64,000 nucleotides of DNA, taken from IMG/VR virus record IMGVR_UViG_3300042691_038096, positions 999 through 64,998 of that record; one strand, given 5' to 3'. Position numbers and translations under genes: made by a program. This stretch comes from a virus (Duplodnaviria > Caudoviricetes). The notes under the pieces were generated by a model. That model worked only from the letters and a program-made list of their open reading frames with translations, was not told the DNA's origin and did no database searches. Shown piece by piece: positions 36,832 to 48,011 of this stretch (position 1 is its first letter; every line of letters begins with the position of its first letter).

Positions 36832-39800
36832 ATGGCTGAACAAAATTCAATATCAACTTTATTACCTGAACTTTTAAGACTCTTTAACAATTCGTTAGAG
36901 AGCTTTGAGAGAGTGAATCAGGCAATCACATCAAGCCAAGAGTCAGTTACTATAAACATTCAAAATGAGGACGGTACATTATCTCGTTTAACAATACCGT
37001 CTTTTGGATTCTTAAAGAACTCAATTACCAGACTAGATAATAACATTAACACTATAACCAATGTTGGAGGTGGATCTAGTTCGGTTAGACTTGCAGATGG
37101 TACTTTTAGAAAATTGGTATTGGCAAAATTGCCATCCGAGGCTCCTAACCTAACATCTATAAATTCAGTAAATCAATTTAACATAAAGCCTAACTGGTTT
37201 TTTGAAGAGTTAATTAATCCTCTTCTCTATATTTCATTTGATTTAACTGGTCAGGTTCCTATTGATACAGAGAAGGCAATTATTCAAAGATACATTTTAG
37301 ATACTAATACTCAGGCTAAAATACAGTTCTTTGAAAATAATTACAATGGAAGATCTGATGTAAATTACTTTACATTTCTTCAACAAATTGTTGAAAGAAA
37401 CATTGCTTATGTATTAGATGAAGCCGTAGTTGATCTTCCTCCAAGGAATAAAAGATATAGCGGAAACTTTAGTGTTACTAGGATATCGGATATTAATTTT
37501 ACAGAGGAGATTAATGGTGTTTCTGTCACATCTCAGAAGAAATCATATAAGTTAAATAAGTTACTATATACAGATACTTTGGCTGACTTCGATGACACGA
37601 TACAGCTAAAAGTAGGTGATAGTTTAGAGGTTGTTTCTAACCCTGTTGATACTCGATACATTGTTAAGAGTGTTGATTCTAGCACAAATTCAGTTATCCT
37701 TGATTTAGTAGAAGGTACTAAACCTATTCAAATTGGAGCTGATGTTCTTAAGATAGGTTCTGGTATTAACGATAATGTTCAAGTGGATGTTACAGTAGGC
37801 TTTAACGAGCGTTGTGTAGTATTCATTAAGCCGATTGATCCAGATTCTAAGATTCCTTCAATTAATTGGTCACCCGGTGCAGGTTTTTATACGAACACAT
37901 TGACTACTATTGCTTCTGATGGTACACAGCAAACATTAGCTGACTATTATCAAAAGTATGCTGTTGATTTTGGTAAGTTTCTATTATCATTCGCTCAGGA
38001 TAAATTGCCAACAACAAGAGAAGGATTAATTCCTAATGCACCTGCATTAGCTGCATCTGACTTTAAGGTTAAACTGGTAAATGGTCAAGTTACAAATGCT
38101 GATGCAGTTGTACAATTACAAGATCTTAATAATCAAAAGAATACATTAACATCAAGTCTAAAAGAATTAGATACTGCAATTTCACAGTATAGAACAAAGA
38201 TTCAGACTACAAATTATAGTACTGATGTTGAAAGAGATGCTGATAAGAATGCTTTGCAAGGTCTTATCACAGATAGAAGTACTCAGGCTGAATTATATGC
38301 TTCTATTGTAAAAGAGATAGATGCAAATAGTAAAGATAATTCTGTTGCAAGTATAACTCCTAAATATAGAGTAAGAGGATTCTGGGCAATGCCTGCAGAA
38401 AAATCTACACCAGCAACTGGCCCACAGGCAATTGTTAAGTTTAAGATTAGATATAGATATCTTTCTCAAGATGGCGCAGCCAACCCAGTTGATCAATTTA
38501 CATTTGTTGATGGAAACGGTACCAGTCAAGGTGCATTTTCAAACTATGAAATAATTGACAGTGTATTACGTCCTAGATCAAAGAATCCAATTACTGGTCT
38601 TTATCAATGGGATACTATTAATAATGATAATGCTGACGCTGTAAATATTAATCAACTTGATATCCCTATTAGAAAAGGAGAAATTGTTGAAGTTCAGGTT
38701 AAGTCAATATCTGAAGCAGGTTGGCCATCTAATCCTTTGGAGAGTGATTGGTCAGATGCAGTTAGAATTGAATTTCCAGCAGACTTAAGTTCTGATAGTG
38801 CGGTAGAATCAATTCTTAATCAAAATAAACAAGACATTGCAAAAGTAAGTCTTGAAGAAAGTCTTAGAGCAAAAGGTATTGATCAACACTTAAGTAGTTC
38901 ATTTACCGCAAACGAAAGATACTATGCTCACTCTGCTAGTGTAATTGCTTCCGGATTCTTATCTGAAAGTCAAACACCAGTTGACTTATTCTCTAAGTTG
39001 GTAGAAATGCAGGCAAGACTTGATGAGTTTTCTGAAATACTTAGAAATGCTGCAGGCGAATTGGTTGTTACTCTGATTGATGATCAAGGTAATACAATTA
39101 ACATTAAGCGTAATTCATCAACCAAGGTTTTTGCTGGATTCTACTTTAATGAAGTTAAGGACTTGGATGATCCACGCGGCGCTATCGTTACAAAAACTTT
39201 CTTTATTAATTTATCTAATGCTGAACAAACAGGATTAAGATTAATTGCAAGGATTACTGGTTCTAGAACTCGAATGGTTAAGGAATCTGAAAATCCTGGT
39301 TATACTAATTCTGAGGCTGCAAATGGATCTGTTATTTTACCTGCAACATATTCTTGGTTAGATAACAGTTCAATAAACCAAAGTACAAATAGAGCTACAT
39401 TTGAAACTACTGATAGTGATTATAACACAATTCGTAAATATGATCTTGTTCCGATTGTATTAAGTAATCCATCTGTAACTTCTACTAATAAGTACGGTCA
39501 GGATGTATCTTTATCACCATTTCAGTCTGCACAGAATAAGAACCAATTTATTTACTCAAGATTTAAAGATGTTTCATCTGAGGAAACTTTTTACAGTTAT
39601 ATAAATCCTAATGATGGTTATACATTTAACCTAGATACTTGTGAAAACTTTTTCCTTAAAGATAACTTTTCATCAACAGTAACGGCTGGGCAATTTATCT
39701 GGGGCGGTGGCTTTGATGCATCGGGTAATCCTACTACAGCTGGATCATATGATTTACCACAGGGTGATAATAGTATAGAGGTACATATTAATCATCCTTG

Positions 39801-40689
39801 GGTTGCTTCTTATGCTGCATATAGAGCTGCATACATTTATGCAACTGGTGATACTGCTACTTTACCTGCTACATTAACCGGTGCAATAGATTGTACTGCA
39901 CCTACAGGTAACGGTACTGCTAGAGTTTTATTTAGACATTCTAAATTTATTCCTCTTGCATCAGATCAATTAAACGGTAAGCAACAGTCAATATATCTTA
40001 ACGAAAATGTATCTGACCTGGTTACTCTATCTTCTACATTGATTAGTTTTAATACAGGACAAACTCTTCAAGCTAGTCCAACGTTAACATTTATACCTGC
40101 ATTAAGTAACCCAGCAAACCCTAACTTTGTTGATTATTCAAGAAATGTAAAAACTTCATTTGATACATTTGATCAATACTTATTAGGAAAGCAATCGTGT
40201 GGATCTTATTTATTCATATCAGCAGATGATCATGAAATGATTCAGGTAGATGGAGATTCTGTATTATCTAGTAAGGTTATACAATTTGGAAGTCAAAATT
40301 CCATAAACATTCCGATGGTATTCCAATATAGAATGACTGATTACTTTGGAACAGGTTCTGGTTCTACTGGAGGTTTAGGAAACATTGCTGGCGATTCTAC
40401 TGGTGCAATTACTAATTTAACATATGCAAAGAAGATTGGATTTGATATTTGGCCAAATGCTGATAATGTTTATCAATATGACATTGAAGTATTTGCGAAA
40501 TATAAATCTGACAATCTTAACGTAGACGTATTCCCATCTGTATCCGTTACAAAAGGACTTGGTGATTTGGAAAAAGTTATATCTCAACTTAGACCAAGTG
40601 TAGTAGAAACTAAGGTTAATAAAACCGTTAAGTCCGGTGGAGTTATTCAAGATGGTTTAACTAGAGGATCTGGACTACAAGATTTCTAA
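36832..40689 (+). CDS. large virion structural protein (coiled coil, Fn3-like segment)
   Basis: Long ORF; late motif at 36806. Confidence 0.6.
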   Translation: MAEQNSISTLLPELLRLFNNSLESFERVNQAITSSQESVTINIQNEDGTLSRLTIPSFGFLKNSITRLDNNINTITNVGGGSSSVRLADGTFRKLVLAKLPSEAPNLTSINSVNQFNIKPNWFFEELINPLLYISFDLTGQVPIDTEKAIIQRYILDTNTQAKIQFFENNYNGRSDVNYFTFLQQIVERNIAYVLDEAVVDLPPRNKRYSGNFSVTRISDINFTEEINGVSVTSQKKSYKLNKLLYTDTLADFDDTIQLKVGDSLEVVSNPVDTRYIVKSVDSSTNSVILDLVEGTKPIQIGADVLKIGSGINDNVQVDVTVGFNERCVVFIKPIDPDSKIPSINWSPGAGFYTNTLTTIASDGTQQTLADYYQKYAVDFGKFLLSFAQDKLPTTREGLIPNAPALAASDFKVKLVNGQVTNADAVVQLQDLNNQKNTLTSSLKELDTAISQYRTKIQTTNYSTDVERDADKNALQGLITDRSTQAELYASIVKEIDANSKDNSVASITPKYRVRGFWAMPAEKSTPATGPQAIVKFKIRYRYLSQDGAANPVDQFTFVDGNGTSQGAFSNYEIIDSVLRPRSKNPITGLYQWDTINNDNADAVNINQLDIPIRKGEIVEVQVKSISEAGWPSNPLESDWSDAVRIEFPADLSSDSAVESILNQNKQDIAKVSLEESLRAKGIDQHLSSSFTANERYYAHSASVIASGFLSESQTPVDLFSKLVEMQARLDEFSEILRNAAGELVVTLIDDQGNTINIKRNSSTKVFAGFYFNEVKDLDDPRGAIVTKTFFINLSNAEQTGLRLIARITGSRTRMVKESENPGYTNSEAANGSVILPATYSWLDNSSINQSTNRATFETTDSDYNTIRKYDLVPIVLSNPSVTSTNKYGQDVSLSPFQSAQNKNQFIYSRFKDVSSEETFYSYINPNDGYTFNLDTCENFFLKDNFSSTVTAGQFIWGGGFDASGNPTTAGSYDLPQGDNSIEVHINHPWVASYAAYRAAYIYATGDTATLPATLTGAIDCTAPTGNGTARVLFRHSKFIPLASDQLNGKQQSIYLNENVSDLVTLSSTLISFNTGQTLQASPTLTFIPALSNPANPNFVDYSRNVKTSFDTFDQYLLGKQSCGSYLFISADDHEMIQVDGDSVLSSKVIQFGSQNSINIPMVFQYRMTDYFGTGSGSTGGLGNIAGDSTGAITNLTYAKKIGFDIWPNADNVYQYDIEVFAKYKSDNLNVDVFPSVSVTKGLGDLEKVISQLRPSVVETKVNKTVKSGGVIQDGLTRGSGLQDF

Positions 40690-40752
40690 TTAAGTTTGTT
40701 ATCTGGTTTTTCGCTAATAGTTTAGTGAATAAATAAAAAAAGTGAAAATTAG

Positions 40753-43700
40753 ATGGCAGAGCCTTTATTTGATAAAGCTTCGTATAGTTTAGTACGTACC
40801 AATCCAAAATTAACAGGGAATGTAAAACTCGTCTCAAATGGCGCAGATTTATATCTTGAGTCTTTTAGTGCAAATGATCAACTGTCATCTTCTAAATTTA
40901 AGGCATTTAAGATAGATGGCACTAATACTTACGATCATGATGTTTTTAGATTTTTTAAGAATGGGACATTTCCTGCCGAGCTTGCATATCAAGTATTTCA
41001 AGAATTTCGTGACACTTCAGTTTTAGCTGAATATGGTGGGCAGTATGAAATGTTTTATTCATACGGTGCAAGATCAGTTTCATCCGAATCATACACAGAA
41101 GATTTAGGATTACTTGCACCTATTTGGCTTAATGAACAAATACCAAATTACTTTGTAGTATTTAGGTTAGATAATCCATCTGCTGTAAATAATTATGGAG
41201 CAGCTAATCAAAACGATGGCGAAACATTAGCACAAACCTCAGAAAAGTTTACACAATTTGTTTTAGAAAATTGTACGGCTATTAAGACGTTTGATTTAAC
41301 CGAAACATCAACATTAGGATCGTATCTTAGAAGATATAGATCACAAGATGCATTTCCAAAGGCGCCTTTAACAGTAAGTTGGAGACAAGATGAGCCTATT
41401 ACCTGGAATGGAATATCATATTTTAATGGTGGGTTTACCTCATCTGGTAGTTTTTCGTATACTGACCTTATTACAAAGGATGCATCAATAGTTCAAAATG
41501 AATATTACATAACACAAGGGTTTCAGAGAAACGGCGTATTATTAGCAAACCTAATTAATTTGGAGTTTTTATTTAGTGATACCGATGCTGATGATTATTC
41601 TATCAATAGATATTTTGGTTTATATGTAAACGAAATAGAAGAAGGGACATTTAAGATATCCGGTACAGGGTTTTACGAAAGTACAGAGAAAACACAGTTA
41701 CCTAAAATAACCACTATTGAACAGATATCTCAATATCTTAATACTCCATTTAACATTACAAATGATAGAGGAGTTATGCTATATTTGGATCCTCAGTCGG
41801 TTAATACTGTTACAGGTTTACCTACCCCGTCAAGAGTTAAAGAAGTTGAATCTATTTTTTATGTTAAAGATAAAAATGATCAATTTCATACCGTCAAGAA
41901 AGGTTCTACATGGGGAGCAAATCAAATAAGATTGTTTGATAAGAAAATTGATATATCATGTTTAACTGGGTATGATGATCCTGATACTTTTGCAAATGCA
42001 GAAATAATTAGTAGATTGGGAAAAGCAACATCATACTTAAAAGTGATAGGTGAATTTCCTAATGGCTCTTCAATAACATTTTATGATGGCAATAATCAAA
42101 TTGGGCAGGTATCGGCTAACGTTTCTTTAACGGCTGGACCTGGTACATCTTTTGAAAGTTTCTTTAATCCAACAGGTACTCCTGCTGAAATTGCATCTGC
42201 AATCAATAAAGCAATAACATTTGGTATTAACCCAGAGTTTAGATATTTTGATTCTTCTATTAATGATTCAACCGTTTATCTGCAGTCAAGATTTGGTGGT
42301 AGCAGATTTAATAGACTAAAATTTGAAGTTTCATGGATTGAATATCCAGAACTTATAGATTCATTAATTACCTATCCTCAAACATCAGAGACTAATACTA
42401 ATGCATTCTTTGTTGGTGGAAATGATACAAAAAATTCATTACTTAAAGTTACTGCTGGGGATCAAGACCGATTTATAAAAGGGGACTATGTTAAGACTAA
42501 AGCCGGCTTTACACTTATATCTGATTGGGTTCCTTACCTAGATGAACCTATATTTAGTGGATCTGGCCTACAAACCGGTTACACTGGAGTTAATGACTAT
42601 GTTATTATTACTTTGGATAGTGATCAAATAGAAGTTAGTAGATCAGGACAGGTAGCATTATATTCGGACTTTTCACCATCTTTTGGTAGATTCTCTTTCT
42701 TTCCAATACGTGATTTTGATTTTGATTTTTATGATGATACTTATAGTCAGTTAGGGGAGTTGAATTATGAGATCTCTAGATATAATCAAGGAACTGAACC
42801 TATCACTGGTGTTACTGGACTTACTGGTGTTACTGGGTCTTCTTTTGATTATTATGGTGTAAGTGATTGGCCAGACATAAGAGGCTTTTATTCTGATGGT
42901 GGTTTTTCCAACTTAATTGGTCTTCTTAGGGGGTCAGATCCTGATATTAATACTGATGTTGATATAACATCTGAATATCAAAGGCTTGAAGAAAACTATC
43001 TTAAAGAACAAGCGGTTGCATCAAGAATAATACCTTACATTAATAAGTGGTGTTGGTACACGGATGGTACTGATGTTAGAAATAATCCTTATCGCTTAGA
43101 TGTTAATCTTGCATTTGGTGCTAACAATTTTGCGCCATCACAATGGGAAACCGGAAGATCTCCGGTAGGTTTTAGCCATGAGTGGTATTACTTATGTGAA
43201 TTCCCTTCTTATTTCACTAGTGATGCAATTAAGTCTTCATGGAGTTACTTTGATCAAGCACCAACCGATAGTACAGATACTACAGTAGGTACATTCCAAA
43301 GGGTTGATAGAAATTTCTTTAATGAATATTTTATAGCAGATAGATTTGTGAATGGCAATAACATTAATTTAATAGATAGGCAGTTACGATATGGTAGATT
43401 TTCAGGTGGTGATAAATTAAACTTTGCCGAGACGTTCTTAAGAGGTGTTAGAATTATAGCAAAAACAAAATCATCAGGAGATGAGAAGGCTAACTTTAAT
43501 TCTACTAAGTTATCTTATATTAAAGATGGTTCATTTAACGATTATAGATTTTCTGTCATGGTGGTTCCTAATGAACCCGGAAAGCCTAAAAAGCAAATTA
43601 AGTTTATTAAAAATACAAAGTGGAAGACTATTGTAATGTTAATCTTTGTGTCTTTTGAAAACCAATGTTTAAATCCTGGTGGTAAATCAATTGATAGAAC

Positions 43701-45414
43701 TTCTTTGTATTCTCTAAATAGTTCAATTCAAACATTAACTGATTGCACACCTATTGGAAATAATACATTTGAAAATTCAATAATGCAAGGTGCTTTAAAC
43801 TTTAATGCTTCTTCATTTACACCAGCTGTTGGTCAATTCTTAGTACAGGGTGCTTCTGATATTTTAGGTAATGCTCCAAGATTTATTAGAGATATAACGA
43901 TAGGCTCAAGTGGTCAATATAATCCAATTGAATTTACTATTGATGGCGACCTTTATAGAATAGAAGGTATTTCACGAGTACTGTCTGACAGCCAATTTTA
44001 TGCATCAACTATACTTAAAAATGGATTATCAATTTCATTACCATCCCCGGTGCCTTCATCTGCTAAACTTAAATCTGCTTCATATACAGTTGTAGGTGGC
44101 GGCTTTAATGGGTATTTAAGTACCTTTGATAGTCTTAGTTTTGCAAATATTATTAATGATGTTAATCTAGGTAATCCAGATATTATTTATGAAACTATAG
44201 ATAAAGATGGAAACACGGTATTAGCAAGTGACGGTAGTCTTGCTCAAACATTTTCTATACAGTTAAGACCACAAGATGATATCTTAAAATCTGTTTATGT
44301 AGGTATATTACCTGATGGAAATAAACCAACAACATTTAACCTTGTTGATATTATTGGTTATGATTTATCACTATTAGAAAAACCTAATGTTACTCCAATT
44401 GCAAGACATTCTGGGTGGTTTAAACCTTTGGCTAAAGATATAGTATTTTTTAGAGACCCTTATGCAAACATAGATTTTTCAAATGGGTATTACACAGGTA
44501 CGACAGGAAATACTGGTTTAACAGGAACCACTGCAACAACATCAACAGGCAATCCTATTCCTGATGAAGTTTATAAGTGGAAAGTTTTTAATCTATGTAG
44601 ATATTCAAATTCTCAATTTTATAGCGCGCATGAATCATTTGGTATTCTTAAGAACTACTTTTATCATAAAGTAAATCAAGAAGACCCATCAACTGTTCTT
44701 GAATTATCCACGAGTAGTGCATTCCTAAGTCTATATCCACTTATTAATGAAGTTGGTATTGACTATAGAGATTATTACATCTTTTCTTCTAACTGGGAGC
44801 CTGGATATTTCATAAAGAGTATTGATAAGACAAAGATACAAAGTGTAATTGGTACTGCATCAATGTTAGAGAAAAAGTCTTTCTTTGGATCGAAGTATTT
44901 GAAGGTTCCACAGCAAATAACTCTTGAAACTTTTATGCCTTCTGAGTATTTTCCAGATGCTGTAAAGGATCCTAGCTTAGTAGATGGTACATTTATGTAT
45001 AATGAAACTACACCTTATGTTCAGTTTTATCTATTCATACAAAAAAGATTGACAGAATACTTATTTAATTACATAAAGCCTCAGTTTGAAAAGTATGTAA
45101 ATCTTAACTTTGGTTTTGGCGATACCGCTACTCTTGATGATGATGTTAATACTTATATTCAATTAAACATATTAAGTTTATATAAAGTTGGTAATATAGA
45201 TTTTTACGTAGGATCTTCTAGAGAAAAGAAAGGATCAACATATGTAACAGCCGAGTTAACGAATACGGAAAAAGCATCTGCTGGTTTAAGTATTAATCAA
45301 AATGTATCATCAAAGATACTTAATACAAACCCATTTGATTTAAGCCTAATATATAACAAAAGGACTGGTTTCTCTGAGTCTTTTGGGTTCAGTGTTACAA
45401 TAGTTAAAAAATAA
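40753..45414 (+). CDS. large virion structural protein
   Basis: 1553-aa ORF; late motif at 40728. Confidence 0.6.
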   Translation: MAEPLFDKASYSLVRTNPKLTGNVKLVSNGADLYLESFSANDQLSSSKFKAFKIDGTNTYDHDVFRFFKNGTFPAELAYQVFQEFRDTSVLAEYGGQYEMFYSYGARSVSSESYTEDLGLLAPIWLNEQIPNYFVVFRLDNPSAVNNYGAANQNDGETLAQTSEKFTQFVLENCTAIKTFDLTETSTLGSYLRRYRSQDAFPKAPLTVSWRQDEPITWNGISYFNGGFTSSGSFSYTDLITKDASIVQNEYYITQGFQRNGVLLANLINLEFLFSDTDADDYSINRYFGLYVNEIEEGTFKISGTGFYESTEKTQLPKITTIEQISQYLNTPFNITNDRGVMLYLDPQSVNTVTGLPTPSRVKEVESIFYVKDKNDQFHTVKKGSTWGANQIRLFDKKIDISCLTGYDDPDTFANAEIISRLGKATSYLKVIGEFPNGSSITFYDGNNQIGQVSANVSLTAGPGTSFESFFNPTGTPAEIASAINKAITFGINPEFRYFDSSINDSTVYLQSRFGGSRFNRLKFEVSWIEYPELIDSLITYPQTSETNTNAFFVGGNDTKNSLLKVTAGDQDRFIKGDYVKTKAGFTLISDWVPYLDEPIFSGSGLQTGYTGVNDYVIITLDSDQIEVSRSGQVALYSDFSPSFGRFSFFPIRDFDFDFYDDTYSQLGELNYEISRYNQGTEPITGVTGLTGVTGSSFDYYGVSDWPDIRGFYSDGGFSNLIGLLRGSDPDINTDVDITSEYQRLEENYLKEQAVASRIIPYINKWCWYTDGTDVRNNPYRLDVNLAFGANNFAPSQWETGRSPVGFSHEWYYLCEFPSYFTSDAIKSSWSYFDQAPTDSTDTTVGTFQRVDRNFFNEYFIADRFVNGNNINLIDRQLRYGRFSGGDKLNFAETFLRGVRIIAKTKSSGDEKANFNSTKLSYIKDGSFNDYRFSVMVVPNEPGKPKKQIKFIKNTKWKTIVMLIFVSFENQCLNPGGKSIDRTSLYSLNSSIQTLTDCTPIGNNTFENSIMQGALNFNASSFTPAVGQFLVQGASDILGNAPRFIRDITIGSSGQYNPIEFTIDGDLYRIEGISRVLSDSQFYASTILKNGLSISLPSPVPSSAKLKSASYTVVGGGFNGYLSTFDSLSFANIINDVNLGNPDIIYETIDKDGNTVLASDGSLAQTFSIQLRPQDDILKSVYVGILPDGNKPTTFNLVDIIGYDLSLLEKPNVTPIARHSGWFKPLAKDIVFFRDPYANIDFSNGYYTGTTGNTGLTGTTATTSTGNPIPDEVYKWKVFNLCRYSNSQFYSAHESFGILKNYFYHKVNQEDPSTVLELSTSSAFLSLYPLINEVGIDYRDYYIFSSNWEPGYFIKSIDKTKIQSVIGTASMLEKKSFFGSKYLKVPQQITLETFMPSEYFPDAVKDPSLVDGTFMYNETTPYVQFYLFIQKRLTEYLFNYIKPQFEKYVNLNFGFGDTATLDDDVNTYIQLNILSLYKVGNIDFYVGSSREKKGSTYVTAELTNTEKASAGLSINQNVSSKILNTNPFDLSLIYNKRTGFSESFGFSVTIVKK

Positions 45415-45422
45415 AAAGAATA

Positions 45423-47759
45423 ATGCCTATCACTATACAAGAATTAATTCCATCGGATACTATTTCCCAGGCAGTAAATAAGATCAATTTTAACTTTGAT
45501 CAATTGCTGTTGAACGGAGGTGGTCCTGTTGGTCCAGCCGGTCCGATTGGGCCTACGGGTCCGGTAGGAGGCAGAGGATTGCGTGGTGCTACCTGGTATC
45601 ATGATCCGGCTATTGCACCAGGAACTGATCCAAACACAATTATTATTGCAACAGTTGAAGAGAATGACTATTACTTACAGGCCAACGGTGATGTTTGGGA
45701 ATATAACGGTACGGTTTGGATATTAACATCAGTTAACTTAACAGGTCCACAGGGTTCTGCTGGATCTAGTTTTGGTTTTAACTATGCAGGTGGATATCCT
45801 GGATCCGGATCTATTAATAATCAAAACGTTGCATATATCGCACCAATGCCAGGTGGAACTAGTTCAGGTGCAGTACAAGGAACTAATGAGGCTGTATCTG
45901 TTGCTGTATTTGGTGGAGTTGCAACAACTGCAGTTGCTCCTAGTGGTATATCATTTACTAATGCATTCTTAATACCTGATGTAATGGTTAAGTCATTAGA
46001 TACAAGCGTATTATCTGTATTGGTTCATCAAAAAGATTCTTCTGCCGCTGCTATTAAATTTATGGGCGGAGGCGCTATTGCTGGAGAGAATTACGAACAG
46101 ACTGTATTTGGCAATCTATCAGACATTAGTTTAGGACTTGATGATGCCCTAAATATAAATGTACCTAAAGCCGCTACATCTCCGCTATCAGTATCTGACC
46201 TAATTGGATTCAATGTAAATACCTTGAAGAGAGGGCAGCAATACTATGCAGGTAAGCACATTAATTTTATCTCAGGTGTTGATACTACACCTACCGGATT
46301 AGGATCCGAAATATCAGATATTACTTTTACGGTTGGAACTTCAAACACATCTATTCCGGCCAAGTTTGCCGTATCTACTACATTTGGTAGTGCATCGGCT
46401 TTATTTGAAATTGGAGGAAACATTACAGTTCCAACATCTGTTACTACCAAAACAGGTACATCTTTAATTGAAGCAAATAATATTGTCAATTGGGGTAATA
46501 CTATTTTAATGGCATCTGCATCTAATAATAGAATACGAGTTGATGCTACTGGCATTTTATTAAATAGTTCAATTGCTCCTATTACAATTTCAACTACAGG
46601 CCAAACAATTGATGTTTCAGCTGGCACTGCACTTAATTTATTAGGTGCTACTATAAATATTACATCTGCTGTAACTGGTACTGTTAATATAGGTACAGGT
46701 GGCTCTAATCTAATTGAACTTGAACAAAGTACAGCAACGCATTCTATTAGATTAGATAACACAAATATATTATCAGGTGGTACTAAGATTAAGGGTAACT
46801 TAACTTGGGGCGTATCATCATATGCTACTCCATATACAACAACTCGACATATTGCGATAATTGCAGATGGCCTTGCTAAGAATAAGCCACCTATTTATGT
46901 TATTAGAAATGATGCATCTGTATCACCAACCGGTGATTCTATGGCTTCTTTTTCTAAAAATAGTGCAGGATCTGCAATTGAACAAGTAATTATAAGCACC
47001 GCAAGTGTCACAGCTGCCAATTATTCAGGTAATGCAGGTTTTGCTGGATTCCACGCAATTAACAATCATGTGGCAGGATTAGCAAATTTTGGTGTTAAAG
47101 TTTCAGCATATGACACTGTATCTGGTGTATATGGTGACAAATTCCATGCATCAGAAAATACAACAGCTGTAAGTAACAGATTCCAATATGTAAGAAAGTA
47201 CTTAAAGATTGATCCTATGACACAGGGTCTTACTTCAGGTACAGGTTACACAATACCAAGTACCTATATGGATGCATCATTCCTAGATATACATGTTGGA
47301 AGTTTTAGTGGAACCGGTGGCGTAGCTGGTACATATCATAACTACTTTCCTCTAACAATACCAGATGGCCTTTATACAGGACAAAGACTTCAACTTCATG
47401 TTGTTGTACAACCTGGAAGACACTTTGATGGCGGTGTACAATATAACTGGCCAAATGGTGCATATAGTCCATCAGGTACAGTTGGAATTACTGTTGATAG
47501 TTTTGCTAATACTACATCCGAGGTTATAGCAAGCCCTTCATGCAGTGTTTGGAATGCTAGTCCTTCTGTATATGGCGGTGAATTATTTGCAGAGCTTTTA
47601 TGGATTGGTCAGACATATATTACCCAATGGGAAACTGGAAGTGGAATCACTAATAAAACATCGGATAGAGGCTGGATTATAACCAACGTGGCACAAGTAA
47701 ATTATCCAGGGCCTTATGCATTTGAAGATACCGCTACAACAACATTAGATGTCACATAA
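45423..47759 (+). CDS. tail fibre / receptor-binding protein with collagen-like segment
   Basis: DTISQAVNKINFNF attachment motif, GPxGPx repeat, DYYLQANGDVWEY, Thr/Ser/Gly-rich beta region. Confidence 0.72.
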   Translation: MPITIQELIPSDTISQAVNKINFNFDQLLLNGGGPVGPAGPIGPTGPVGGRGLRGATWYHDPAIAPGTDPNTIIIATVEENDYYLQANGDVWEYNGTVWILTSVNLTGPQGSAGSSFGFNYAGGYPGSGSINNQNVAYIAPMPGGTSSGAVQGTNEAVSVAVFGGVATTAVAPSGISFTNAFLIPDVMVKSLDTSVLSVLVHQKDSSAAAIKFMGGGAIAGENYEQTVFGNLSDISLGLDDALNINVPKAATSPLSVSDLIGFNVNTLKRGQQYYAGKHINFISGVDTTPTGLGSEISDITFTVGTSNTSIPAKFAVSTTFGSASALFEIGGNITVPTSVTTKTGTSLIEANNIVNWGNTILMASASNNRIRVDATGILLNSSIAPITISTTGQTIDVSAGTALNLLGATINITSAVTGTVNIGTGGSNLIELEQSTATHSIRLDNTNILSGGTKIKGNLTWGVSSYATPYTTTRHIAIIADGLAKNKPPIYVIRNDASVSPTGDSMASFSKNSAGSAIEQVIISTASVTAANYSGNAGFAGFHAINNHVAGLANFGVKVSAYDTVSGVYGDKFHASENTTAVSNRFQYVRKYLKIDPMTQGLTSGTGYTIPSTYMDASFLDIHVGSFSGTGGVAGTYHNYFPLTIPDGLYTGQRLQLHVVVQPGRHFDGGVQYNWPNGAYSPSGTVGITVDSFANTTSEVIASPSCSVWNASPSVYGGELFAELLWIGQTYITQWETGSGITNKTSDRGWIITNVAQVNYPGPYAFEDTATTTLDVT

Positions 47760-47768
47760 ACTTAAAAT

Positions 47769-48011
47769 ATGAATAAAGAAGAAAGAATAGAACTTAAAAA
47801 ATTTGTAGATCGTTATAAAGAAATTGAACTCTCTATAGATTTAATGCAAAAAAGTATTCAAAGCTTAGCTGAAAAAAGAGATGTACTGTTTGATGAATTA
47901 GACTCTCTTAAAAAGAAAGAAGAAGTTTTTATGAACTCTCTTATAGAAAAGTACGGAGCATCGGAGGTTACTCCTTATAAGCTTTTACAAATTTACGAAG
48001 AAGGTATATGA
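47769..48011 (+). CDS. small coiled-coil protein (possible fibre chaperone)
   Basis: Heptads, LIEKYG; follows the fibre gene. Confidence 0.6.
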   Translation: MNKEERIELKKFVDRYKEIELSIDLMQKSIQSLAEKRDVLFDELDSLKKKEEVFMNSLIEKYGASEVTPYKLLQIYEEGI

